Assembly (NCBI GenBank): GCA_009918865.1
Contig: RGCY01000001.1
Span: 1 to 28,142 of the forward strand
Reading direction: 5' to 3'
Source: Actinomycetota bacterium
GTDB lineage: Bacteria; Actinomycetota; Actinomycetes; S36-B12; UBA5976
Length of the DNA stretch: 28,142 nt
Shown: positions 20,583 to 28,142 of the stretch, piece after piece
Layout: every line of letters starts with the position of its first letter
How positions within the stretch are numbered: the first letter of the stretch is position 1
The notes under the pieces: model-generated
What the model saw: only the letters and a program-made list of their open reading frames with translations
What the model was told of the DNA's origin: nothing
Databases searched by the model: none
Made by a program: the position numbers and the translations under genes

Positions 20583-20626
20583 TCAGCCGACTTCAGCGTG
20601 GGCTGAATCGCTTCAGACATAGGCAC

Positions 20627-20642
20627 GGTGACCTGTGTCACA
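20627..20642. promoter_or_regulatory. CRP/GlxR-like (or Rex-like) dyad upstream of gap
   Basis: GGTGA-CCTGTG-TCACA matches 9 of 10 conserved positions of TGTGA-N6-TCACA. Confidence 0.5.
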
Positions 20643-20648
20643 TCTCAA

Positions 20649-20654
20649 ACCCTA
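20649..20654 (-). promoter_or_regulatory. Candidate -10 element of the gap-pgk-tpiA promoter
   Basis: Minus-strand TAGGGT (TAnnnT) predicts +1 near 20642 and a leader of about 105 nt. No clear -35. Confidence 0.4.
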
Positions 20655-20709
20655 GCAATCGCAGTGCCCAACATGGGCGCTACCGGGGCGGTGTGCCGCT
20701 CATGGCAGA

Positions 20710-20774
20710 GATGCAGCACAACAGGCACACATAGTGAGCACAACGGATGCAGCACAACAGGCTCACATAGTGAG
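20710..20774. repeat. Direct repeat, two 29-bp copies with a 36-bp period
   Basis: GATGCAGCACAACAGGCACACATAGTGAG (20710-38) and GATGCAGCACAACAGGCTCACATAGTGAG (20746-74) differ at one position and are separated by CACAACG. Confidence 0.95.
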
Positions 20775-20968
20775 TCCATGAGCGCTTCCATGCACGCGAA
20801 TGGCCGGAAGATGGCGCAGTGGACCTGCGGCGAGTTGCCCACTTCGTTGGTCAGGCTGGCTGCCACACGAGTCATCCCACGAATGACGCCCTAGGTGTGA
20901 TGTCAAACGGAGGTGGGAGCGCAGACTGGTTCAGTGCACGTTAGACGGCGGCAGCAACCCAGAATGGT

Positions 20969-21866
20969 TCAGTCCAACATGTCTGGCGTGAGGCTGGCTT
21001 CTGTGTTGGGAATCCCTAGATCGGAGGCTCGCTTGTCAGCGAGTGCAAGCAGTCTGCGAATCCGGCCAGCCACCGCGTCTTTTGTCATCGGTGGGTTTGC
21101 AAGGGCGCCAAGTTCTTCCAGACTGGATTGTTTGTGGGCAATGCGTAACCGACCCGCCTCAGCACCGCCTGAGGTTTGCATCATCAAAATTCGCTAGGCG
21201 GTTTGCGGTCGCTCGCACTTCGCGCCGCACTCTTCGCTCTTCCCAAGTGAGCACAGACTGGTGTGCACCCAACAAAGTGAGCATGGCAGCAATGGCATCG
21301 CCGTCTCGCACCACAACGCGGTCTACTCCGCGCACATCACGAGCCTTAGCGGTGATACCCAACCTGCGCGCAGCCCCAACAAGTGCAAGTGCAGCCTCCG
21401 GCCCCGGACAGGTGACTTCCAAAGCGCTTGAGCGACCCGGTTCGGTCAGCGAGCCGTGCGCAAGAAATGCACCTCGCCAGGCCGCAGCCGCATCACAGTT
21501 TCCGCCACTGACGACTACTGGAGACAGCCCACGGATTGGTCGACCTGCTGGATCCACGAGTTGGGCTTGCTGGGCCAGGAGGTTGCCGTGGCTTGAAACG
21601 CGCACCACATAACGCACACCTTTTCGGATGCCCGTTCCTTGTAGCACCACAAGATCACTGTCGTGGCTGAATAAATCGGCGATTTCCTTACGCAGGCGAC
21701 GTGCTGCCGCCGCGGTGTCTAATTCGGCCTCCACCACGATGCGACCGCCCACGATGTGCAGGCCGCCGCCGAACCGCAAGGTTGCGCTCACTTCAGCCTT
21801 ACGACAGCAAGGCTTGGTCACCTCGAGCCGGCTTAACTCGTCTTTTACATCAGCAGTCATTGCCAC
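20969..21866 (-). pseudogene. whiA: WhiA (LAGLIDADG-like + HTH DNA-binding protein), frameshifted by an internal deletion at about 21164 as assembled
   Basis: Frame 1: [13 protein letters not shown]...[21 protein letters not shown]...[17 protein letters not shown], then C-stop (21159). Frame 2 (21163-20969): [19 protein letters not shown]...[13 protein letters not shown]...DMLD*. The identity is secure; the reality of the lesion is uncertain. Confidence 0.9.
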
Positions 21867-21894
21867 GGCGCGCATCTTTGCACGGCGAAGGCGG

Positions 21895-22830
21895 TCAATG
21901 TGAGGTCTGCGCCAACGAATTTTTCACACTTGCAAGTGCTACTGCGAGTCGCTGCGGATCGTGTGCCCCACTGGCATCGGCAAGATTGTCGCTGTACACG
22001 GCAGTAGCGGAATCTGGCCCGAGGGCGGCGCGAACTTCGTCGGCCGCGCTGCTATCAACGACCCACGCATCCACGCCGATGTCAGGGTGTAGGGCTTTGA
22101 AGGAGGCGAGATAGTCCGAAGCCTGAAAGCCATCGGCTTCACCTGGCTGTGCTCGCAGGTTCATGACGACCGCAACCGCAGCAGCACTCTCATTGATGGC
22201 TTCACACACGCCATCTGCGCACAACACGGCCAGAACGCTCGTGAACCAAGACCCCGGCCCGAGCACAATCAAATCCGCGGTTTGGATTGCCTTCAATGTT
22301 TCGGTGTCGGCGTGGACTTGTGGATCAACGTGAACGTGTGTGATGCGGTGATTGGTGGCGGTGACTGCCGATTGACCCACGACTGTGCTTGCAGCGCCAT
22401 TTGCGTGATTCACGCCGGCAACAAGATGGTGTGGGGTGGATGTCACGGGTAGTACTCGACCAGAGACACCAAGCATCTGCCCAGCAGCATCCAACCCCTT
22501 GACGATGGCATCTGGTTCAGATTCAAACTGTTGCCATAGCGCCGTCAACATCAAGTTGCCTAGGTTGTGCCCGGCTAGGCCCCCGGAACCGGCAAAACGG
22601 TGCGCCCATACGTACCGCTCATTCACGCGTGAGGAATCAGCCAACGCAAGTAGCGCCATGCGCAAATCACCAGGCGGTGGCACCGCAAACTCTTCGCGCA
22701 GTCGACCACTTGAGCCGCCATCATCCGCCGTCGAAACCACCGCGACCACGTCATTGCTGAGAGTGCGCACGGCTTGCAATGTGCGTGAGAGTCCGTGCCC
22801 TCCCCCAAGAGCCACAACTTTCATATTCAC
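21895..22830 (-). CDS. yvcK: YvcK/CuvA family (gluconeogenesis / cell-shape factor, UDP-sugar binding), 311 aa
   Basis: [44 protein letters not shown]. Conserved rapZ-yvcK-whiA order. Confidence 0.92.
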   Translation of the reverse strand: MNMKVVALGGGHGLSRTLQAVRTLSNDVVAVVSTADDGGSSGRLREEFAVPPPGDLRMALLALADSSRVNERYVWAHRFAGSGGLAGHNLGNLMLTALWQQFESEPDAIVKGLDAAGQMLGVSGRVLPVTSTPHHLVAGVNHANGAASTVVGQSAVTATNHRITHVHVDPQVHADTETLKAIQTADLIVLGPGSWFTSVLAVLCADGVCEAINESAAAVAVVMNLRAQPGEADGFQASDYLASFKALHPDIGVDAWVVDSSAADEVRAALGPDSATAVYSDNLADASGAHDPQRLAVALASVKNSLAQTSH

Positions 22831-23702
22831 TGCCTGCCGAGATCTCGATGGCGAAGGCTCACATGCGCACCTGGCAGAGACAACGCCTGCGCCAAAGCTT
22901 CAGCAAGCGCCACAGAACGATGCCGTCCGCCGGTGCAGCCAATTGCAACGGATAGATAGCGCTTGCCTTCGCGGACATACCCGGGCACCGCAGTGGACAC
23001 AAGGGCAAGCATGTGCTCAAAGGCTGCCGATGCACCTGGGTTTTCCATCACTGCGGTGCGAACTGCCGCGTCTTGGCCCGTGAGTGGGCGCAGTTGTGGA
23101 TCCCAATGCGGATTCGGCACAAATCGCACATCGAAGACCATGTCGGCGTCGGCCGGTAGACCAAATTTGAAGCCAAACGATTGAACTGTGAGGTGCATGG
23201 CGGCCTCACTTGACGCACCGAAAACTTCAATCATCCGCGTACGCAGGTCGTGTGGTGAAAGCGAGCCGGTATCAATCACCATGTCGGCTGACGCGCGTAA
23301 TCCCGCAATCCGCTCACGCTCAGCGGTGATGCCCTCAAGAATTGTGCCCTCACCTTGCATTGGGTGCGGTCGGCGCGCGTACTCAAATCTGCGAACCAAA
23401 ACATCGTCCGGAGCGTCAAGAAAGACAACGGTGACTTTCGCCCCTTCGGAGCGAAGGGCATCAAGTGCGGCAGCGAGGTCGTCAAAAAACACTCCAGCGC
23501 GAATGTCTGCCACCACGCCTACGCGGTTGACATTGTTATTCGTCACCACCTGGGACACAGCAGTTCCCACCAGCGAAGGCGGCAAGTTGTCGATGACAAA
23601 CCATTCGAGGTCTTCCAGTGCCCATGAGGCAGTTGACCGTCCGGCTCCGGACATTCCTGTGACGACGGCAACATGTGTCGTGCCCGGCAGTGTCTGGCTC
23701 AC
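22827..23702 (-). CDS. rapZ: RapZ/YvcJ family P-loop protein, 291 aa
   Basis: [49 protein letters not shown]. Confidence 0.95.
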   Translation of the reverse strand: MSQTLPGTTHVAVVTGMSGAGRSTASWALEDLEWFVIDNLPPSLVGTAVSQVVTNNNVNRVGVVADIRAGVFFDDLAAALDALRSEGAKVTVVFLDAPDDVLVRRFEYARRPHPMQGEGTILEGITAERERIAGLRASADMVIDTGSLSPHDLRTRMIEVFGASSEAAMHLTVQSFGFKFGLPADADMVFDVRFVPNPHWDPQLRPLTGQDAAVRTAVMENPGASAAFEHMLALVSTAVPGYVREGKRYLSVAIGCTGGRHRSVALAEALAQALSLPGAHVSLRHRDLGRQ

Positions 23703-23707
23703 ACGCC

Positions 23708-25546
23708 TTAGTCTGCCGATGGTGCCGGTGGGGAGTCCAGAGCGGTGGCCACCTGTGTGGCGAGAGCTGGGCTGAAGCCGGGTAGTGCGGCAATCTGTTC
23801 CACTGTGGCCGCCTGGACACCGCGCACATCTCCGAAATGCTCGAGGAGCGTGCGGCGGCGCACCGGGCCGAGACCAGGCACTGCGTCCAAAGCGCTCACC
23901 AACATGGCGCGGCTGCGACGTTTGCGATGCAGTCCGATGGCGGCACGGTGGGCCTCATCACGGATGCGTTGGAGCATGAACAATGCATCGCTGGTTCGGG
24001 GCAAAATCAATGGCGAATCCTGAGCCGGCAGCCATACTTCCTCAAGTCGCTTCGCCAAACCCATGAGTGGGACTTCCACATCAGCATCGCGCAGTGCAGC
24101 ATGGGCTGCAGCCACTTGTGGGGCGCCACCGTCGACCACGAGCAAGTCAGGCATGTCAAGCCCGGTGGCGTTTGCGAACCTACGCATGATCACCTCACGC
24201 ATCGATGCCAAATCATCAGTGCCGCCGTCGCCACGGATGGCGTAGGAGCGGTAATCCCGCTTTGCTGGCAACCCATCTTCAAACACCACCAATGCGCCAA
24301 CGACTGACGTGCCGGAGATATTGCTGATGTCGATGCACTCAATTCGGTAAGGAGCATCAGGCAGTGAGAGAGCGGATTGCAGTTGTCTGAGCGCTTCACT
24401 TCGTGATGTCAGATCATTGCTGCGTTTCAGAGTTTGCACGCTCAGGGTATCGGCCGCATTCGCCTGAGCCGTGGCCATGAATTCACGTTTGTGTCCACGA
24501 GCCGGCACTTTTACTCGAACCTTGTGTCCTGCAACCTGCTCGAGGAGTTGTTCAACGACGGTGACGTTCTCTGGCAGAAATGGCACAAGGATTTCAGCAG
24601 GGACGTCATCTCGGTCGGCGTACACCTGCACGAGCAACTGCTGCACCAAACCCGCCGCATCCACATCATCCACGAGATCCACAATGAAGCCACGTTGACC
24701 ACGGATGCGCCCTTCACGGATGTGAAACATCGAAACTGCCGCCTGCAGCTGACCCACTTCCAGACCGATGACGTCGACCTTTCCACCTTCAGGGAAGGCA
24801 AGGATGTTGCGCTCAGTTGCTTGTTGCAGTGCGCCAATGTCGTCGCGCAACTTCGCGGCGCGTTCAAAATCTTCAGAACTGGATGCGACCTGCATTTGTT
24901 GAGTCAGGTCGTTCACAAATGCATCCACCGACCCTGACATGAATTCCGCGAACCGCTCTGCAATTGCTCGGTGCTCTTCTGGGCTGGATTTTCCGACACA
25001 CGGTGCACAGCACCTCTCGATGTAACCCAACAGGCAGGGCCGCCCAGTTCGCGCAGCATCTTTAAACACACCGTCGCGACACGACCGCATCGGGAAGACG
25101 CGTAACAACAAGTCCACCGTTTCCCGAATCGCCCACGCCTGTGGGTAAGGACCGAAGTAGCGCACACCGCGCCGCTTGGCTCCACGCATCACGGTCACAC
25201 GCGGAAACTGTTCGTTCATAGTGATGGCAAGAAAGGGATATGACTTGTCGTCGCGATACTTGATGTTGAATCGTGGTGCATACTCTTTGATCCAGGTGTA
25301 CTCAAGTGAAAGTGCCTCTGCCTCTGAGCCAACGACAACCCAATCAACTCGAGACGCCGAGTCCAACATCGAAAGCGTGCGAGGGTGTAATCCATCTGGG
25401 GATTGGAAATAACTGCTCAACCGTGCACGCAGAGACCGCGCTTTGCCCACATAAACAACGCGGTCCTTCGCATCCCAAAACCGATAAACCCCGGGAGCAG
25501 TGGGGATGCTGCCCGGCAAGGGACGCCAGGGGCGCAGGGTGCCCAT
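23708..25546 (-). CDS. uvrC: Excinuclease ABC subunit C, about 612 aa
   Basis: GIY-YIG PGVYRF...YVGKA, RDDKSYP, UvrB-binding region EDFERAAKLRD, IECIDISN, DLLVVDGG, LQRIRDEAHR, HhH VPGLG. Confidence 0.96.
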   Translation of the reverse strand: MGTLRPWRPLPGSIPTAPGVYRFWDAKDRVVYVGKARSLRARLSSYFQSPDGLHPRTLSMLDSASRVDWVVVGSEAEALSLEYTWIKEYAPRFNIKYRDDKSYPFLAITMNEQFPRVTVMRGAKRRGVRYFGPYPQAWAIRETVDLLLRVFPMRSCRDGVFKDAARTGRPCLLGYIERCCAPCVGKSSPEEHRAIAERFAEFMSGSVDAFVNDLTQQMQVASSSEDFERAAKLRDDIGALQQATERNILAFPEGGKVDVIGLEVGQLQAAVSMFHIREGRIRGQRGFIVDLVDDVDAAGLVQQLLVQVYADRDDVPAEILVPFLPENVTVVEQLLEQVAGHKVRVKVPARGHKREFMATAQANAADTLSVQTLKRSNDLTSRSEALRQLQSALSLPDAPYRIECIDISNISGTSVVGALVVFEDGLPAKRDYRSYAIRGDGGTDDLASMREVIMRRFANATGLDMPDLLVVDGGAPQVAAAHAALRDADVEVPLMGLAKRLEEVWLPAQDSPLILPRTSDALFMLQRIRDEAHRAAIGLHRKRRSRAMLVSALDAVPGLGPVRRRTLLEHFGDVRGVQAATVEQIAALPGFSPALATQVATALDSPPAPSAD

Positions 25547-25548
25547 GG

Positions 25549-28142
25549 TCAAGCCTTCGCGGTTGCCTTGCTTCGGCGCGTCGGCGCAGCAGTGCTGGCT
25601 TGCTTCTTTGCTGGTGTGCGCTTGACGGTGTTCACTCGCGACAAGACCTGAGCTAGGTATTCACCTGTGAAACTGCCGGTCTTGGTGTGTCCGTCGGCGA
25701 CTGCTTCTGGAGTGCCGGTGGCGATGATGAGGCCTCCCCCTGAGCCCCCCAGCGGACCCAGGTCAATGACCCAATCTGCAGTCTTGACCACATCCAGATT
25801 GTGCTCGATCACTACGACCGTGTTGCCTTTGTCCACCAATCCATGCAGCACTTCAAGTAAGCGCCGCACATCTTCAAAGTGAAGACCAGTGGTCGGTTCG
25901 TCGAGAACATAGATAGTTCTGCCTGTTGAACGCTTGTGGAGCTCACTTGCGAGTTTCACTCGCTGGGCTTCGCCGCCGGACAACGTGGTGGCTGGTTGAC
26001 CGAGGCGAACGTAGCCCAAGCCCACAGACATCAAAGTTGTCAGATGCCGCGCAATCGGTGGGATGGCTTCAAAGAAGGTGACCGCTTCATCGATGGGCAT
26101 GTCAAGGATGTCTGAGATGCTCTTGCCCTTGTAGTGCACTTCCAAAGTTTCGCGGTTGTACCGCGCGCCTTTGCACACTTCGCACGGCACATAAACATCG
26201 GGAAGGAAATTCATTTCAATCTTGATGGTGTCGTCGCCGGTGCAGGCTTCGCATCGACCCCCTTTGACATTGAACGAAAAGCGTCCCTGCTGATAACCGC
26301 GAATCTTCGCTTCGGTGGTCTCAGCAAACAATTTGCGAATGTGGTCAAACACCCCTGTGTAAGTCGCCGGATTAGAGCGAGGCGTTCGACCAATCGGACT
26401 TTGGTCAACATGAACGACCTTGTCGAGATGCTCCAAACCGCGAATCCGCGTATGCCGACCTGGCATTGCGCGCGCACCATTGAGCTCTCGCGCTAACGCG
26501 GTGTAGGTGATGTCGTTGACCAAAGTGGATTTGCCGGAGCCACTCACTCCAGTCACAGCGATGAAGCAGCCGAGTGGGAATTCCGCATCCACCTGCTGCA
26601 AGTTGTGCTCTCGTGCACCTTCAATGCGCAAGACACGCGCCTTATCGAATACTCGGCGTTCAGAGGGCACTTCGATGCGAGCGGCGCCACTAAGGTACTT
26701 ACCCGTTAGGGATGTTGGGTTCTTCATGAGGTCAGCCACTGGTCCTGAATGGACCACATGCCCACCATGTTCGCCCGCACCAGGACCGATGTCGACAACC
26801 CAGTCTGCGGTGCGAACAGTGTCCTCATCATGCTCGACGACAATGAGCGTGTTGCCGAGATCTCGCAATTTCACGAGCGTTTCAATCAAGCGATGGTTAT
26901 CGCGTTGATGCAAACCAATGCTCGGCTCATCAAGCACGTACAACACACCGACCAGCCCCGCGCCGATTTGCGTCGCGAGCCGGATGCGCTGCGCTTCGCC
27001 ACCTGAGAGCGAACCTGCCGCTCGGTCCAGCGAGAGATAGTCCAATCCAACATCCACCAAGAAACGGAGGCGTTCAACGACTTCCTTGACGACGCGTTCG
27101 CCGATGAAGGCTTCCTTCTTGGTCAAGTTCAAGTTTGTGAAGAAGGTGAGTGCACCACCGATGGAAAGTGACGACACATCGGCGATGCCATGCCCATGAA
27201 GTCGAACTGCACGCACTACTGGCTTGAGCCGCGTGCCATCACATTCTGGGCATGGAACTTCACGCATGCAGGCTGCGTAACGTTCCTTGGTCGATTCGTT
27301 ATCGGCTTCTTCATAACGACGCGCCACGAAAGGTAGAACCCCTTCATAAGTGGCCATGTAAGACCGATTGCGACCATATCTGGATTGGAATCGCACTTGT
27401 AGAGAATCATCCGAGCCATTTAGAACAATGTCGCGAACCTTGGCTGGCAGTTTTTTCCAAGGCGTGTCCAGTGAAAAGCCAACTTGCTTGCTGATGCTGG
27501 TCAGCAGTTTCATGAAGTAATCCGAACTGGCGCTACCCGACCACGGCGCAATGGCGCCTTCATTGATGGACAACGAAGGGTTTGGAACGACGAGTTCGGC
27601 GTCGGCCTCCATGCGCACACCAAGACCGCTGCACTCTGGGCAGGCTCCAAACGGCGAGTTGAACGAGAATGACCGCGGTTCCAAAACTTCAAAGGAGATT
27701 CCACAGTCGTGGCAGGCCAGGTGTTCACTGAAAGTACGCAGTCGTTCCGGTGCCGTCGCTGGGGCGTCCACGAACTCAAGTTGAACAAGACCAGCGCCAA
27801 CCCTGAGCGCGGTCTCAACCGAATCGGTAAAGCGCACGCGAGAGTCAGCCTTGACTGTGAGTCGGTCGACCACTACTTCGATACTGTGCTTTTCCTGCTT
27901 CTTAAGTTTCGGCACTTCTTCAATGCTGTGAACATCTCCATCAACTCGAACTCGAGCGAATCCTTGGGATGCGAGGGCGCGTAGTAGGTCAACGAATTCA
28001 CCTTTGCGTTCTCTCACCACCGGCGCTAAGACGAGGAACCGGGTTCCTTCAGGAAGTGACAGAACTTGGTCCACGACATCTTGGGGGCTTTGGCGAGCAA
28101 TAACTTCACCGCAGTCAGGGCAGTGAGGAGTGCCGATTCGCG
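25549..28142 (-). CDS. uvrA: Excinuclease ABC subunit A, 5' end outside the window
   Basis: The frame is open to the window edge ([12 protein letters not shown]...). Two ABC modules ([12 protein letters not shown] / LDEPSIGLH; GVSGSGKST; [12 protein letters not shown] / LDEPTTGLH) and zinc fingers. Confidence 0.97.
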   Translation of the reverse strand, partial: RIGTPHCPDCGEVIARQSPQDVVDQVLSLPEGTRFLVLAPVVRERKGEFVDLLRALASQGFARVRVDGDVHSIEEVPKLKKQEKHSIEVVVDRLTVKADSRVRFTDSVETALRVGAGLVQLEFVDAPATAPERLRTFSEHLACHDCGISFEVLEPRSFSFNSPFGACPECSGLGVRMEADAELVVPNPSLSINEGAIAPWSGSASSDYFMKLLTSISKQVGFSLDTPWKKLPAKVRDIVLNGSDDSLQVRFQSRYGRNRSYMATYEGVLPFVARRYEEADNESTKERYAACMREVPCPECDGTRLKPVVRAVRLHGHGIADVSSLSIGGALTFFTNLNLTKKEAFIGERVVKEVVERLRFLVDVGLDYLSLDRAAGSLSGGEAQRIRLATQIGAGLVGVLYVLDEPSIGLHQRDNHRLIETLVKLRDLGNTLIVVEHDEDTVRTADWVVDIGPGAGEHGGHVVHSGPVADLMKNPTSLTGKYLSGAARIEVPSERRVFDKARVLRIEGAREHNLQQVDAEFPLGCFIAVTGVSGSGKSTLVNDITYTALARELNGARAMPGRHTRIRGLEHLDKVVHVDQSPIGRTPRSNPATYTGVFDHIRKLFAETTEAKIRGYQQGRFSFNVKGGRCEACTGDDTIKIEMNFLPDVYVPCEVCKGARYNRETLEVHYKGKSISDILDMPIDEAVTFFEAIPPIARHLTTLMSVGLGYVRLGQPATTLSGGEAQRVKLASELHKRSTGRTIYVLDEPTTGLHFEDVRRLLEVLHGLVDKGNTVVVIEHNLDVVKTADWVIDLGPLGGSGGGLIIATGTPEAVADGHTKTGSFTGEYLAQVLSRVNTVKRTPAKKQASTAAPTRRSKATAKA

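Noticed and set aside
20710-20774. Mini-CRISPR interpretation of the 29-bp direct repeat
   Set aside because: Only two copies, a 7-nt spacer, no leader and no cas genes.
20628-20894. 76-aa (minus) and 88-aa (plus) ORFs in the whiA-gap spacer as genes
   Set aside because: No SD or leaderless -10, no recognisable family, and they overlap likely gap promoter elements. Kept only as a possibility under the repeat finding.
20901-20906. Perfect minus-strand TTGACA (-35)
   Set aside because: No TAnnnT hexamer at a 16-18 bp spacing.
21867-21885. Possible extended -10 (TGC-AAAGAT-N7-GTG) for a leaderless whiA
   Set aside because: The first base deviates from TAnnnT, so it is too weak to list without TSS data.
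25549-25640. Lys/Arg/Ala-rich UvrA C-terminal tail ([25 protein letters not shown])
   Set aside because: Short basic low-complexity tails are common on actinobacterial proteins, and nothing specific can be supported.

Overview
A core-genome syntenic block from a roughly 60% GC actinomycete. Left to right it holds an ABC exporter, the suf Fe-S operon (sufR-B-D-Rieske ferredoxin-C-S-U-T, minus strand), ctaA and ctaB (convergent heme A and heme O synthases), the pentose-phosphate operon tkt-tal-zwf-opcA-pgl (plus strand), rbpA-secG, gap-pgk-tpiA, and uvrA (5'-truncated by the window)-uvrC-rapZ-yvcK-whiA (minus strand). I found no RNA genes, mobile elements, CRISPR arrays or defence genes, and I cannot support a claim of a new multi-gene system. 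The main anomalies are two clean out-of-frame internal deletions of an estimated 50-85 nt in normally conserved genes. The sufU junction is at about 2457 and loses the third Cys ligand from the frame. The whiA junction is at about 21164 and separates off the C-terminal HTH. Every other ORF reads intact, so both could be assembly or scaffold artefacts or real lesions. Regulatory observations: (1) several apparently leaderless TAGnnT promoters, including a fully interlocked divergent ctaB/tkt pair; (2) a structured 430-bp region upstream of gap, with a CRP/GlxR- or Rex-like site at the predicted start of transcription, alternative hairpins and a 36-bp-period duplication.
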